A stretch of 64,000 nucleotides of DNA from Gammaproteobacteria bacterium (lineage in GTDB: Bacteria > Pseudomonadota > Gammaproteobacteria > G965277405), in NCBI GenBank assembly GCA_965277405.1, contig OZ255726.1, positions 1,024,001 to 1,088,000 on the forward strand, in the 5' to 3' direction. Of this stretch, positions 32,123 through 42,294 are shown one piece after another. The stretch's first letter is position 1; each line of letters starts with the position of its first letter. Made by a program: the position numbers and the translations under genes. The notes under the pieces are model-generated. The model saw only the letters and a list, made by a program, of their open reading frames with translations. It was not told the DNA's origin and searched no databases.

Positions 32123-32722
32123 CTATAACCTTGTTGCGGGGTTAGATACAGCTTTCTTGATTTTCTTTTGACCGATCCATAACTTTCTATTATTGCTGAT
32201 ATCAATCAAGGTTAAATCGATCTGGTAGAACTTTACTTGGTCGGTAAAACTTGTATCAATAATAGTGTTAATCTCACCAAGCAGCATAACATCAGCACCT
32301 ATTTCCTGACCAAGTTGTTTGCGGGTTGCTGCGCTTGCGTGCACATCTTGATCCAAGCGCTCTTTGCGAATTTGATCGCGAAAGTCATTCGCTGCGATAA
32401 AGTCAACTTGTCCAGAATTAAGCAATTCACGCTCAATATCATTAATAAATGTAGCGGTATTAATATGCTCGTGGCTGAGGTTACGCATTTCACCGACAAC
32501 GATACTTGGGATACTGTTTTGGCGTTGCTTTAGTTTGCCATACCATGGCCGTTTGAGTAAATCTGTGACCATTTGTTCAGCTACAAGGCGTGAATCGGTG
32601 TCATTCCATCGACCACTTAAATCAATAACTTTGTTGCTATCAATCCGTTCAACGGTTGGGTTGCCAGCACAACTGACGAGCAATGTGGCAATACTAAGGA
32701 TAAACCAAGGTTTGTTCGTCAT
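32123..32722 (-). CDS. LpoB-like (penicillin-binding protein activator family) lipoprotein
   Basis: Lipobox LVSC; DLSGRWNDTDS, N.SHEHI, GQEIGAD..L.G.I, FYQIDL.L.D......WIGQKKIKK. Confidence 0.8.
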   Translation of the reverse strand: MTNKPWFILSIATLLVSCAGNPTVERIDSNKVIDLSGRWNDTDSRLVAEQMVTDLLKRPWYGKLKQRQNSIPSIVVGEMRNLSHEHINTATFINDIERELLNSGQVDFIAANDFRDQIRKERLDQDVHASAATRKQLGQEIGADVMLLGEINTIIDTSFTDQVKFYQIDLTLIDISNNRKLWIGQKKIKKAVSNPATRL

Positions 32723-32794
32723 AGGCTTTCAAATACGTATAGATCAGCAACATAATATAACGCAACTAGAAAGCTATAAGTAAAATACTTCTAA

Positions 32795-33091
32795 GGAAGC
32801 TCTGATTAATTCCATGATGGGCGAGACGGAGAAAAAACGCTGATGAAAACTTAAGCGAAGTGTGCAGATAATACTAGTGGTCTTGTGGGTTGGGTGTTGC
32901 CAAGTGCTGCAACGACGCTAGCGCAGCGTTTTTTCCCGTCCTTTCTGTTGAATATACTTTGGGTTTGCGGCAATTGCGGTGCTTGCCGTGTTGCATCCCT
33001 TGGCGTATATGCTACGGCATGCGCGCTGCGCCTTGCAATCATCAGCAATTGCAGGCAAACTCGCTCCATCAGCGAGTTAATCAGATCTTCC
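32795..33091 (+). mobile_element. Intact 297-bp MITE with IS5-type ends
   Basis: TIRs GGAAGCTCTGATTAA (32795-32809) and TTAATCAGATCTTCC (33077-33091), 14/15 complementary; CTAA duplication on both flanks (32791-32794, 33092-33095); no transposase; internal 12-bp inverted repeat 32831-32842/32924-32935. Confidence 0.92.
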
Positions 33092-33138
33092 CTAACAAAT
33101 ACACGAATGAGATTGATATTAAAAACACATGAAAACAC

Positions 33139-34572
33139 ATGAAAAAGAATGATATGAATATCCTGGTGCTTGGGGCTGGCGGTCGTGAACATGCGATAGC
33201 ATGGAAGTTGCGCCAAAGCAAACATCAACCAAAAGTGTTCGTGATGCCTGGAAATGCTGGCACCGCTAAGGAAGATGCGCAGGTAGTAAATGTCGCTACG
33301 GTTCCCAATGAAGATTTGGTCAAATGGTGCGCACGACAACACATCGACTTGGTGGTGATTGGACCAGAGCAACCTTTGGTCGATGGCGTAGCAGATATAT
33401 TGCGCCAAGCCGATATAGCAACAATTGGTCCAAGTCAGCTTGCCGCTAAGTTAGAAGGGTCGAAGGTCTATTCAAAAGATTTCATGGAACGTTATAAGAT
33501 ACCGACAGCAGCAGCAGCAACATTTATTGACTACGCAACGGCAATTGACTGGGCACAGCAACAAACGTTGCCATTGGTGGTTAAGATAGACCGCCTAGCT
33601 GCAGGAAAGGGGGTGATAATTGCCAATGATATGGCGGCCCTTGAGCGGGCCTTAGATACATTTTTACGCAAAAATATATTTAATCATCGCTGCCCGACTG
33701 TTTTACTAGAGACCTGCTTACAAGGAGAAGAAGTCAGTTTTATATGTCTTACCGATGGAAAAACCGTCATTCCATTTGCAAGTTCGCAAGATCATAAAGC
33801 AGCATTTGATGGTGACCTAGGTCCAAATACAGGTGGCATGGGTGCATTATCACCAGCACCATTAGTCACGCCTGCATTAGCAGCCAAGATTATGGAAACA
33901 ATAATTGGTCCAACATTCGCTGGTTTAGCAGCTGAGGGCATTGACTACCAAGGTTTTTTATACTTTGGGCTGATGGTGGGTGCAAATGATAGTTTGCACC
34001 TATTAGAATATAATTGTCGACTCGGTGACCCTGAAGCACAACCACTGCTGTATAGATTAGAGACTGATTTTGCCGAGTTGCTTGTTGCGGTCACAGCACA
34101 AAAGTTGTCCGAATTTACCGACCTAGCATGGTCTAATTCTCCTGCGCTATGTGTTGTTATGGCAAATGGCGGATATCCTGATACGTATCAAAACGGCCAG
34201 AGTATTGTTGGTTTAGATACAGTAGTCGGGGCAAAAGTGTTTCATGCGGGCACACAGATAAATGCAGATGGTTTGACTGTCACTAATGGAGGCAGAGTGC
34301 TTGGGGTAACAACAACAGCGCCATCGTTGCTTCACGCACAGCAACTGGCATATACGGCATGTCAGTCGATAAACTGGAAAGATGCAAGGTATCGCAATGA
34401 TATCGGTGATAAGGCGATACAACAGATTGCGGCGCAGCTGGAGACACAGAGAATTAAGACACAGCGAATTAAGGCACGACCACTAGCGGCAGATACAGGA
34501 CAACAGTCGATAAAATTGGCAAGTGGAATGTACCCCAACGACAGCGGTTATACAGCGAAACAGCAGGCGTGA
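33139..34572 (+). CDS. purD: Phosphoribosylamine-glycine ligase
   Basis: ILVLGAGGREHA, VIGPEQPL, LEGSK, LAAGKGV, QDHK...GPNTGGMG, EYNCRLGDPEAQ, TNGGRVL, YRNDIG; ~50-aa C-terminal extension. Confidence 0.96.
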   Translation: MKKNDMNILVLGAGGREHAIAWKLRQSKHQPKVFVMPGNAGTAKEDAQVVNVATVPNEDLVKWCARQHIDLVVIGPEQPLVDGVADILRQADIATIGPSQLAAKLEGSKVYSKDFMERYKIPTAAAATFIDYATAIDWAQQQTLPLVVKIDRLAAGKGVIIANDMAALERALDTFLRKNIFNHRCPTVLLETCLQGEEVSFICLTDGKTVIPFASSQDHKAAFDGDLGPNTGGMGALSPAPLVTPALAAKIMETIIGPTFAGLAAEGIDYQGFLYFGLMVGANDSLHLLEYNCRLGDPEAQPLLYRLETDFAELLVAVTAQKLSEFTDLAWSNSPALCVVMANGGYPDTYQNGQSIVGLDTVVGAKVFHAGTQINADGLTVTNGGRVLGVTTTAPSLLHAQQLAYTACQSINWKDARYRNDIGDKAIQQIAAQLETQRIKTQRIKARPLAADTGQQSIKLASGMYPNDSGYTAKQQA

Positions 34573-34647
34573 TGAATTTCACTAAGAGCCGCATGCTTAT
34601 ATATTCTGAAACATGTTCGTAGTTAATTTTTACAATTAGTTATTCGT

Positions 34648-35604
34648 ATGAGTCAAGATTTTCTTTCATTTGAAAAGCCAATTGAAGAGCTGCGCGAAAA
34701 GCTTGAAGGTTTGCGTATGCTTAGTGATCAATCTGATGTTGATTTGGTTGAAGAGGTTCAAAAAATTGAAGTAAAACTGAGCAAGATGACAACCCGCATT
34801 TTTGCTGATTTGGATGACTGGCAAATTGCTCAGTTAGCGCGACACCCACAGCGTCCATATACGCGTGATTACATCCACAAGATTATTCATGATTTCTATG
34901 AGCTTCACGGCGACCGTCAATTTGGCGATGACCCGGCTTTAATCTGTGGACTTGGTAGATTAGATGGCATGCCAATTGCAATTATTGGACATCAAAAAGG
35001 GCGTGATACAGCAGAAAAAATTCGCCATAATTTCGGCATGCCGCATCCAGAAGGTTATCGCAAAGCAATACGAGTTATGCGCCTCGCTGAAAAATTTAAC
35101 ATACCAATAGTAACATTTATTGATACTCCAGGAGCATATCCAGGCATCCAAGCAGAAGAGCGCGGCCAAAGCGAAGCGATTGCGGTGAACTTACAAGAAA
35201 TGTCAGTATTGAAAACCCCCATTATTACAGTAGTTATTGGTGAGGGCGGATCAGGCGGTGCGTTAGCCATTGGTGTTTGTGATCATTTATGCATGTTGCA
35301 ATATGCCACGTATTCCGTTATCTCACCAGAAGGATGCGCGTCAATATTATGGCGAGATGCCGAAAAAGCAGCAGACGCAGCCAAAGCAATGAAAATAACG
35401 GCAAGCCACTTACAGACAATTGGCATTGTTGATGAAATTATAGCAGAGCCGCAAGGTGGAGCACACCGAGACCATGAGGTAACCGCGCAAACGGTGAGGA
35501 GGTCAGTCATTGATCAATTAAAACAATTAAACGCATTGGACCCCCAGACGTTGGTAAATCGACGCTTTGATCGCTGGATGCAACTAGGAATCAATCTACC
35601 ATGA
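34648..35604 (+). CDS. accA: Acetyl-CoA carboxylase carboxyltransferase alpha
   Basis: [52 protein letters not shown]. Confidence 0.97.
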   Translation: MSQDFLSFEKPIEELREKLEGLRMLSDQSDVDLVEEVQKIEVKLSKMTTRIFADLDDWQIAQLARHPQRPYTRDYIHKIIHDFYELHGDRQFGDDPALICGLGRLDGMPIAIIGHQKGRDTAEKIRHNFGMPHPEGYRKAIRVMRLAEKFNIPIVTFIDTPGAYPGIQAEERGQSEAIAVNLQEMSVLKTPIITVVIGEGGSGGALAIGVCDHLCMLQYATYSVISPEGCASILWRDAEKAADAAKAMKITASHLQTIGIVDEIIAEPQGGAHRDHEVTAQTVRRSVIDQLKQLNALDPQTLVNRRFDRWMQLGINLP

Positions 35605-36413
35605 ATGATAGTGTTGCGATAATTAGCTGGAATGTTAATGGATTTCGCGCAGTTGAGCGCAAGGGAGCGTGGCAAGAACTGTTAGACACATATCACCCGC
35701 AAATTGTTTGTGTTCAAGAAATTAAAGGAACGCCAGATAAGTTCCCTAACACGTTAACACAACCAGAAAATTACATGGTGTATTTTCATCCTGCGCAGCA
35801 GCCTGGATATTCAGGGACATCTATTTGGATACACAAAGACTTGCGCACAGGCATGACGAATGTTGTGTATACAACATCAATGAAGAATGACCCAGTTGCA
35901 AATGAAGGCAGAATTAGCGAGTTATGTTTTACCTATAAAGAACAGCAATATGCCGTGCTCGGAGTGTATTTTCCTAATGGCGGAAAATCAGCACAGGCTT
36001 GGGAGCAGAAGTTGGTTTTTTATGCTTCTTTTTTAAAACACGTAAACGCCCGTAGAAGTGCCGGTAAAACTGTTATTTTCTGTGGTGATGTGAATTGTGC
36101 ACACAACCCAATTGACCTGGCACGACCAAATGAAAATGACGGCGCTATTGGCTTTCACCCAGATGAGCGCGCATGGATTGACGCAGTAATAGCAGCCGAT
36201 TGGGTCGATGTTTTTCGCCACTTACATCCAACTACTAAAGAGGTGTATTCATGGTGGCATATGGTAACGCGCGCACGTTCTCGCAATATAGGCTGGAGAA
36301 TCGACTATTTTTTCTGCCCCAAACAACTGGTCGAACATGTGACTGAAATCAGTTATTTAGTCGATCATCAAGGTTCTGACCACTGCCCAGTACTACTGCG
36401 CTACCGTATATAA
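35601..36413 (+). CDS. xth: Exodeoxyribonuclease III / AP endonuclease
   Basis: SWNVNG, QEIK, GYSGT, YFPNG, GDVNCAH, GWRIDYF, SDHCP. Confidence 0.95.
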   Translation: MNDSVAIISWNVNGFRAVERKGAWQELLDTYHPQIVCVQEIKGTPDKFPNTLTQPENYMVYFHPAQQPGYSGTSIWIHKDLRTGMTNVVYTTSMKNDPVANEGRISELCFTYKEQQYAVLGVYFPNGGKSAQAWEQKLVFYASFLKHVNARRSAGKTVIFCGDVNCAHNPIDLARPNENDGAIGFHPDERAWIDAVIAADWVDVFRHLHPTTKEVYSWWHMVTRARSRNIGWRIDYFFCPKQLVEHVTEISYLVDHQGSDHCPVLLRYRI

Positions 36414-36515
36414 AGAGTATGATATTAGCTAATTACATAACAATTCGTTTGAATATTTATAAGTTGCGGCTCCGTTTACGATATCAGTCGTTATACTGCT
36501 GCATAGGAGGAGTGC

Positions 36516-37598
36516 ATGAAACCGATTAGTTTTAAAAGCATTAAAAAAAGTTATGATGGTAATAACTACGTTGTAAAAGATTTAAATTTAGACATAAAAT
36601 CTGGCGAGTTTGTAACGATGCTTGGGCCTTCGGGTTCAGGAAAAACCACCTGCTTGATGATGCTTGCAGGTTTTGAAAGTGTGACCGATGGGCAAATACT
36701 TGTTAGTGGTCAGCCGATACAAGACATTGTGCCAAATAAGCGCAATATCGGCATGGTCTTTCAAAGCTATGCATTATTCCCGCATATGACGGTTGCCCAA
36801 AATTTAGCGTATCCGCTAAAAATCAGAAAAAAATCAACCGCAGAGCAGACCAAGCGCGTTGACGAATATTTAAGCCTTGTTGAAATGACCGAATTTGGCA
36901 GCCGCTACCCAGGCCAGCTATCAGGAGGGCAAAAGCAACGCGTGGCTTTGGCTCGCGCCCTTATTTTTAATCCAGATATTGTATTGATGGACGAGCCGCT
37001 GGGCGCGCTTGATAAAAATCTGCGTGAACAAATGCAGTATGAAATTGTCCGCCTCCACAAAAAATTTGGCTTTACCGTTGTATACGTAACCCATGACCAA
37101 CAAGAAGCGCTGACGATGTCTGATAGAATTGCTGTATTTGATGATGGGGTTATTCAACAATACGACCCCGCCGAAACCGTATATAACTCGCCAAAAAACG
37201 CATTTGTTGCCAACTTCATTGGTGAGAATAATAACATGGATGCGGTGCTGACAGGCGAACCAGATGCAGTGGGTAAATGTATAGATGTTGCTTTATGCAA
37301 TGGTGTGCAAATACAAGCACGATTAACAAACACTCAGCTTAATGCAGAGGTGCGGGTATCTGTGCGTCCAGAAAGTCTTTTTATTCTGAAAAACAAAGTC
37401 GGCGCTGATGTTTCGAGCTTAGCTGGAGTGATAAGAGAAAAAATTTATTTGGGTTCATATTGTCGCTGTATCGTCAGGACAGATGTGGGCGATATTGTCA
37501 TGAAGCTTTCTACAGAAGATGGAGCGAAATATTTTACCACAAATTCTGTTGAAATTGCGTGGCAAAACAGCAACGGAGTTATTACCAACCGCGAGTAG
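36516..37598 (+). CDS. Polyamine-type ABC transporter ATPase (PotA family)
   Basis: GPSGSGKTT, VFQSYALFPHMTV, LSGGQKQR, DEPLGALD, C-terminal TOBE-like region. Confidence 0.92.
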   Translation: MKPISFKSIKKSYDGNNYVVKDLNLDIKSGEFVTMLGPSGSGKTTCLMMLAGFESVTDGQILVSGQPIQDIVPNKRNIGMVFQSYALFPHMTVAQNLAYPLKIRKKSTAEQTKRVDEYLSLVEMTEFGSRYPGQLSGGQKQRVALARALIFNPDIVLMDEPLGALDKNLREQMQYEIVRLHKKFGFTVVYVTHDQQEALTMSDRIAVFDDGVIQQYDPAETVYNSPKNAFVANFIGENNNMDAVLTGEPDAVGKCIDVALCNGVQIQARLTNTQLNAEVRVSVRPESLFILKNKVGADVSSLAGVIREKIYLGSYCRCIVRTDVGDIVMKLSTEDGAKYFTTNSVEIAWQNSNGVITNRE

Positions 37599-37687
37599 GA
37601 TATGACGCTGATATGACGCTAGTGACTGGCTAGAACCAAGTCGCATGGCGATGAGCAATAGCCTAAACAGAGGATTAAAAAAGAGAG

Positions 37688-37759
37688 GAAGTAAGAAGTG
37701 AAGTAAGAAGTGAAGTAAGAAGTGAAGTAAGAAGTAAAGTAAAAAGTGAAGTAAAAAGT
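37688..37759. repeat. 12-bp tandem repeat, 6 copies
   Basis: GAAGTAAGAAGT x4, then AAAGTAAAAAGT and GAAGTAAAAAGT; intergenic. Confidence 0.95.
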
Positions 37760-37851
37760 GAGGAGCGAAGATGTAGTAACCCAATGCCATTGAGTTGTAT
37801 GCGGTGGCAATGTAAAAAATGGCTGTATGTGTTTACAGCTTTTAGTAATTT

Positions 37852-38919
37852 ATGGAGAAAAAAATGATGAAAACAATATTTTTGTACGCTGTAAGTGTGT
37901 TGTTGGCGAGTCTCAGTTTGACTGTATCAGCAGCAGAAAGTATTACCGCAGTATCGTTTGGAGGATCATACGGTGGGGCGCAGAAGAAGCATATGATTGA
38001 CCCGTATATGAAAGCAACAGGGAAGAAAGTTTTGTTTGCTGATTATAATGGCGGTATTGCTGAGCTCAAAACCCAAGTTGAAGCAGGTAAAGTGACGTGG
38101 GATGTGCTTGATTTAGAGTACATCGATATGGAGCGAGCATGTGATGAAGGATTGCTAGAAGACTTACCATTAAACACGTTGCCAGCAGGCGACGACAATG
38201 TTGCAGCAGCAGACGACTTTTATGAAGGAGCCTTGAATAGATGTGCTGTTGGCAATATATTTTTTAGTGTAGCCTTCGCGTATAATACCAAACTGGTAAA
38301 GGGAAACCCGCAAACGATTCAAGACTTTTTTGACTTAGACAAATTTCCAGGCAAGCGAGGACTGCGTAAACGACCACAAGTTAATTTAGCTTGGGCATTA
38401 ATTGCTGATGGTGTTGCTACGGCAAAAGTGTACGATGTGCTAGAAACATCAGCAGGTCTGGCGCGGGCATTTAAAAAACTCGACACCATTAAAGACGATC
38501 TTGTCTGGTATGATTCATGGTCACAAGCACCACAAATGTTGAATGATGGTTCTGTAGTGATGGTGCAAGCTGCACATGGTCGGCTATATAGCGCAATCGT
38601 TAAAGACAAAAGCCCTTTTAAAATTGTTTGGGATGCACACGCGTATGACCTTGACGGTTGGACAATTCCTAAAGGTAGTGAAAACTTTGATGCTGCGTGG
38701 GACTTTATTAAATTCGCAACGCAGAGTGTACCGCTAGCAGGAATGCAAGACCTTGCGTATGGTCCTACACGAAAATCATCAACCCCATATTTAGCAGAAA
38801 GTGTTAAGGAGCACCTGCCGTCTGCACATATAGAAGAGGGTTACAAAATTAGTGCGTCGTTTTGGTCTGATAACGACGCTAGTATGAGTGAAAGTTTCAA
38901 TGCTTGGTTATTGAAATAA
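37852..38919 (+). CDS. Polyamine-type ABC transporter substrate-binding protein (PotD/F-like)
   Basis: Signal peptide (..LTVSAAE), VSFGGSYG, QVEAGKVTWDV, DFFDLDKFPGKRGL, ALIADGV. Confidence 0.88.
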   Translation: MEKKMMKTIFLYAVSVLLASLSLTVSAAESITAVSFGGSYGGAQKKHMIDPYMKATGKKVLFADYNGGIAELKTQVEAGKVTWDVLDLEYIDMERACDEGLLEDLPLNTLPAGDDNVAAADDFYEGALNRCAVGNIFFSVAFAYNTKLVKGNPQTIQDFFDLDKFPGKRGLRKRPQVNLAWALIADGVATAKVYDVLETSAGLARAFKKLDTIKDDLVWYDSWSQAPQMLNDGSVVMVQAAHGRLYSAIVKDKSPFKIVWDAHAYDLDGWTIPKGSENFDAAWDFIKFATQSVPLAGMQDLAYGPTRKSSTPYLAESVKEHLPSAHIEEGYKISASFWSDNDASMSESFNAWLLK

Positions 38920-38932
38920 ACTGTTGTATTGT

Positions 38933-38961
38933 ATGTCCTTCCTCGTCTTGGGGAAGGGCAT
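38933..38961 (+). terminator. Stem-loop after the binding-protein gene (terminator or mRNA stabiliser)
   Basis: ATGTCCTTCCTC-gtctt-GGGGAAGGGCAT, 12-bp stem with two G-U pairs, 13 bp after the stop; no clear U-tract. Confidence 0.6.
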
Positions 38962-38985
38962 ATGTTGTGGATACCGCTGTGTTAA

Positions 38986-39290
38986 TGACGCTTTGATTAA
39001 GCTTAGGTGTTGGAGACGCGGGGCAGGCACTGGTCGGGATTTCATCAGCAAGGCTTGTGTGTTGACTGGCAGTCTCTGGCAGCGAGCGAACTTAAAGCTA
39101 AGTCAATTATTACAATCGAGCGCTGTAGAGTCTTAAACTGCAGTAATATAGGGGGTTATAAAAAACAATTTGTATGAATTTCTCACTTACTCAACTACGT
39201 TCATCGCCACATAGTATTGGTGCGTATTTGCGCAGTGACCCTTGTGATAATCAAGGTTTGTCAAAAATTTGCTTACCTACGAGTTCCTTC
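38986..39290 (+). mobile_element. Heavily decayed MITE copy
   Basis: Left GACGCTTTGATTAAG...GAGACG and right CCTTGTGATAATCA...AAATTTGCT...CGAGTT resemble the two ends of 32795-33091 at ~300-bp spacing. Confidence 0.5.
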
Positions 39291-39291
39291 A

Positions 39292-40515
39292 ATGAATCAA
39301 CTCACACAAGAATTTAACAAGCAACGTTATAAACAACGTGCCAAAGCATTGTTGTTGGTAGCGCCATTGTTGGTGTTTATAGTAGTTTTTTTTGTCATGC
39401 CAATCGGCAATATGTTGCTGCGTAGTTTTTATAATGACACCGTGGTACAAATGATACCACAGACTACAAAAAACTTGCAACAATGGCTGCCGGGTGATGG
39501 TATTCCAGATAAACAAACCCTGCGTGTGCTGATGCAGGAACTGCAACATCTTGCACAACAGCGCCTTTCTGGCAAGCTCGCCGAAAACGTAAACCGCGTA
39601 TTGCCAAGCCTGGGTAGTGTGATAAAAAAAACGGCGAGAAAGCTAAATACTCCAGCAATTGATACATACGAAAATCCACATGATACGTTGCTGGCAATCA
39701 ATAAGCGCTGGGGAAAAATAGACGTATACGCAGCAATTAAACAAGCTAGCGATACATATACGATTGACTATTATGCGAATGCACTCGATATGCGCTTGGA
39801 TATGCATGGAGACATTGTCGCCCAACCAGAAGGCAGGCAGATATATGTAAAAGTGCTGTTACGCACAATGTTCATATCGTTGTTGATTACACTGCTTACT
39901 ATTATGCTTGGATACCCGCTAGCGTACTATTTAAGTTCGCTTACGGATGCAACAGCAAACGTATTATTTATCTGTGTGTTATTGCCATTTTGGACCTCAT
40001 TGCTAGTTCGAACAACCGCGTGGATCGCTATTTTGCAAGGACAAGGAGTATTGAATGGGCTGTTACAAAGCATTGGGGTGATTGGGATGCCGTTGGAGCT
40101 GCTGAACACTCAATATGCTGTGATTATCGGTATGGTGCATATTCTCCTACCGTTTATGATTCTACCTATATATAGCGTGATGAAGAACATTGACCTTAAT
40201 TATGTGATGGCCTCACAATCACTTGGTGCCAACGGCATAACAACGTTTTTAAAAGTGTACTTACCGATGACATTACCTGGGTTAAGCGCAGGTTCTGTTT
40301 TAGTGTTTATCATTGCGATTGGCTACTACATCACCCCTGCATTATTGGGTGGTGTTGACGGCATTATGATTAGTAATCTTATTGCTGACAATATGGCTCG
40401 CTTTAATAATTGGGATTTGGCATCAGCACTCGGCGCTATGTTATTGGCGATAATATTACTGCTGTACTGGTTGTATGACAGATTAGTTGGTGTTAGCCGT
40501 ATCAGTCTCGGCTAA
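39292..40515 (+). CDS. Polyamine-type ABC permease (PotB-like)
   Basis: LGYPLAY, LLPFWTSLLVRTTAW, GMVHILLPFMILPIY, AS.SLGA; large periplasmic insertion. Confidence 0.9.
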   Translation: MNQLTQEFNKQRYKQRAKALLLVAPLLVFIVVFFVMPIGNMLLRSFYNDTVVQMIPQTTKNLQQWLPGDGIPDKQTLRVLMQELQHLAQQRLSGKLAENVNRVLPSLGSVIKKTARKLNTPAIDTYENPHDTLLAINKRWGKIDVYAAIKQASDTYTIDYYANALDMRLDMHGDIVAQPEGRQIYVKVLLRTMFISLLITLLTIMLGYPLAYYLSSLTDATANVLFICVLLPFWTSLLVRTTAWIAILQGQGVLNGLLQSIGVIGMPLELLNTQYAVIIGMVHILLPFMILPIYSVMKNIDLNYVMASQSLGANGITTFLKVYLPMTLPGLSAGSVLVFIIAIGYYITPALLGGVDGIMISNLIADNMARFNNWDLASALGAMLLAIILLLYWLYDRLVGVSRISLG

Positions 40516-41366
40516 TGCGTTATTATACTATTCCACAAATGTTGCTGCATCGCAGCACGCGCGTATTCTCATGGCTGATATTATTTTTTTTAATAAGTCC
40601 TATTCTGATAATTATACCGCTATCTTTTAATGCCGACCCTTTTTTTACATTCACTGAAGGAATGTTATCGCTGGACCCAGACGCCTACTCACTGCGTTGG
40701 TATACGGAATTTATCACAAGTCCTAATTGGCAGGCATCGATTGTTAACAGCCTGATAGTCGGTGTTGCTGCGATGATAATGGCAACGATATTAGGGACGA
40801 TTGCATCAGTTGGTTTGACATCACAACACATGCCAGCAAAAGGATTGATTACAGCTATTTTGATTTCGCCGATGATTGTGCCGCTGATCATTACAGCCGC
40901 AGGAATGTTTTTTTTCTACGCAAAAATCAATTTAGTCAATTCACTGGTTGGTTTGAGTTTGGCGCACACAGTGTTAGGGATACCATTTGTGATTATTACA
41001 GTTTCTGCAACATTAGCAGGATTTGACCAATCGCTATTTAATGCAGCTAAAAGTCTTGGCGCATCATCGCTGCGAGCTTTTTTAGATATAACTTTTCCAA
41101 TTATACGTCCAGGTATTATTTCAGGCGCATTGTTTGCATTGGTTACATCATTTGATGAAGTGATTTTGGTATTATTCTTAGCAGGTCCAGAACAAGTCAC
41201 TATCCCTAGGCAAATGTTCTCTGGCCTGCGTGAGCAAATCAACCCAACAATTCTTGCCGTCGCCAGCGTGTTAGTAGCAATGTCTGCGTTGTTATTGCTG
41301 GTATTAGAATTGATGCGTAGAAAGGCGGCAAAACTACAAGTAAACATGTTGAATACAAAAACATAG
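40515..41366 (+). CDS. Polyamine-type ABC permease (PotC-like)
   Basis: IIIPLSFN, YSLRWY, ISPMIVPLII, AAKSLGA, TSFDEV. Confidence 0.9.
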   Translation: MRYYTIPQMLLHRSTRVFSWLILFFLISPILIIIPLSFNADPFFTFTEGMLSLDPDAYSLRWYTEFITSPNWQASIVNSLIVGVAAMIMATILGTIASVGLTSQHMPAKGLITAILISPMIVPLIITAAGMFFFYAKINLVNSLVGLSLAHTVLGIPFVIITVSATLAGFDQSLFNAAKSLGASSLRAFLDITFPIIRPGIISGALFALVTSFDEVILVLFLAGPEQVTIPRQMFSGLREQINPTILAVASVLVAMSALLLLVLELMRRKAAKLQVNMLNTKT

Positions 41367-41528
41367 CCGAGCGTGCCGATGCATGGTTGTTACCCATGTA
41401 CCCATGCTATGGTATTCGGTCTACCGTGGCGTTAAACGGCTAACGGCTACTAAACGGCTACTAGCCCCGTAAATGCTACGGAGATTATGGCGGTTACGCA
41501 TTGGTAGAACAAGCGTAACTAACAAACT

Positions 41529-41858
41529 TTATACAGTAAAGCTTTCTCCGCAGCCACAGCGTGATTTTTCATTTGGATTGGCAAACTGAAAGCCTTCGCC
41601 AAATTTTTCATGTATATAGTCGATTTCCAGCCCGCTCAAATACACTGCACTTTTTGCGTCAATAAAAACTCGTATATTTTGCTTCTCAATTACAGTATCT
41701 TCAACGCCAGCTCGATCGCTATATTCTAAAACATACGCCAGACCCGAACACCCAGTTGTTTTCACACCAAGGCGTATGCCTTCTCCAGAACCGCGCTGCT
41801 GCAATGCTGCTTGCATTTTGCTCGCAGCTTTAGCGGTGATTTGAATATCTATAGTCAT
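41529..41858 (-). CDS. iscA: Fe-S cluster A-type carrier
   Basis: GIRLGVKTTGCSGLAY, NPNEKSRCGCGESF. Confidence 0.96.
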   Translation of the reverse strand: MTIDIQITAKAASKMQAALQQRGSGEGIRLGVKTTGCSGLAYVLEYSDRAGVEDTVIEKQNIRVFIDAKSAVYLSGLEIDYIHEKFGEGFQFANPNEKSRCGCGESFTV

Positions 41859-41868
41859 CAGCGGTTCT

Positions 41869-42276
41869 CTAAGCGAGCGCTACTTCCTCAACTGTTGGTT
41901 GCTGTTTACTTTTAAAATCGTTAATTGCTGATTTAATTGCATCTTCAGCCAGCACCGAGCAGTGAATTTTTACGGGTGGCAATGCTAACTCTGCAACAAT
42001 ATCAATATTGCGAATTTTATCTGCTTCTTCTAAGGTTTTACCCCGCATCCACTCTGTTGCTAGTGAGCTTGAGGCAATCGCGGAACCGCAGCCATATGTT
42101 TTAAACCGCGCATCTTTAATAATGCCGTCATCACTGACTTCAATTTGCAAGCGCATAACATCGCCACATGCTGGTGCGCCGACCATGCCAGTGCCAACAT
42201 TTTTGCTTGATGCGTCTAACGTTCCAACATTGCGCGGATTGTTATAGTGATCCAATACTTTTTTGCTATATGTCAT
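41869..42276 (-). CDS. iscU: Fe-S scaffold protein
   Basis: YSKKVLDHYNNPRNVG, APACGDVM, GCGSAIAS, LPPVKIHCS. Confidence 0.98.
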   Translation of the reverse strand: MTYSKKVLDHYNNPRNVGTLDASSKNVGTGMVGAPACGDVMRLQIEVSDDGIIKDARFKTYGCGSAIASSSLATEWMRGKTLEEADKIRNIDIVAELALPPVKIHCSVLAEDAIKSAINDFKSKQQPTVEEVALA

Positions 42277-42294
42277 GTGTATTCTCCTATGGTT

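Noticed and set aside
32851-33408. Overlapping ORFs across the MITE (185, 85 and 80 aa; also 54376-54573 and 5356-5553)
   Set aside because: No DDE or other recognisable motif. They arise from the palindromic element or overlap purD antisense, so none is a transposase.
37455-37810. Repetitive ORFs (HFLL/FTSY repeats) and a possible CRISPR array
   Set aside because: They are translations of the 12-bp tandem repeat. There are no unique spacers and no cas genes.
41493-41519. Hairpin GTTACGC...GCGTAAC between convergent potC-like and iscA genes as an sRNA
   Set aside because: Best read as an ordinary terminator-like stem; there is no promoter or family evidence.
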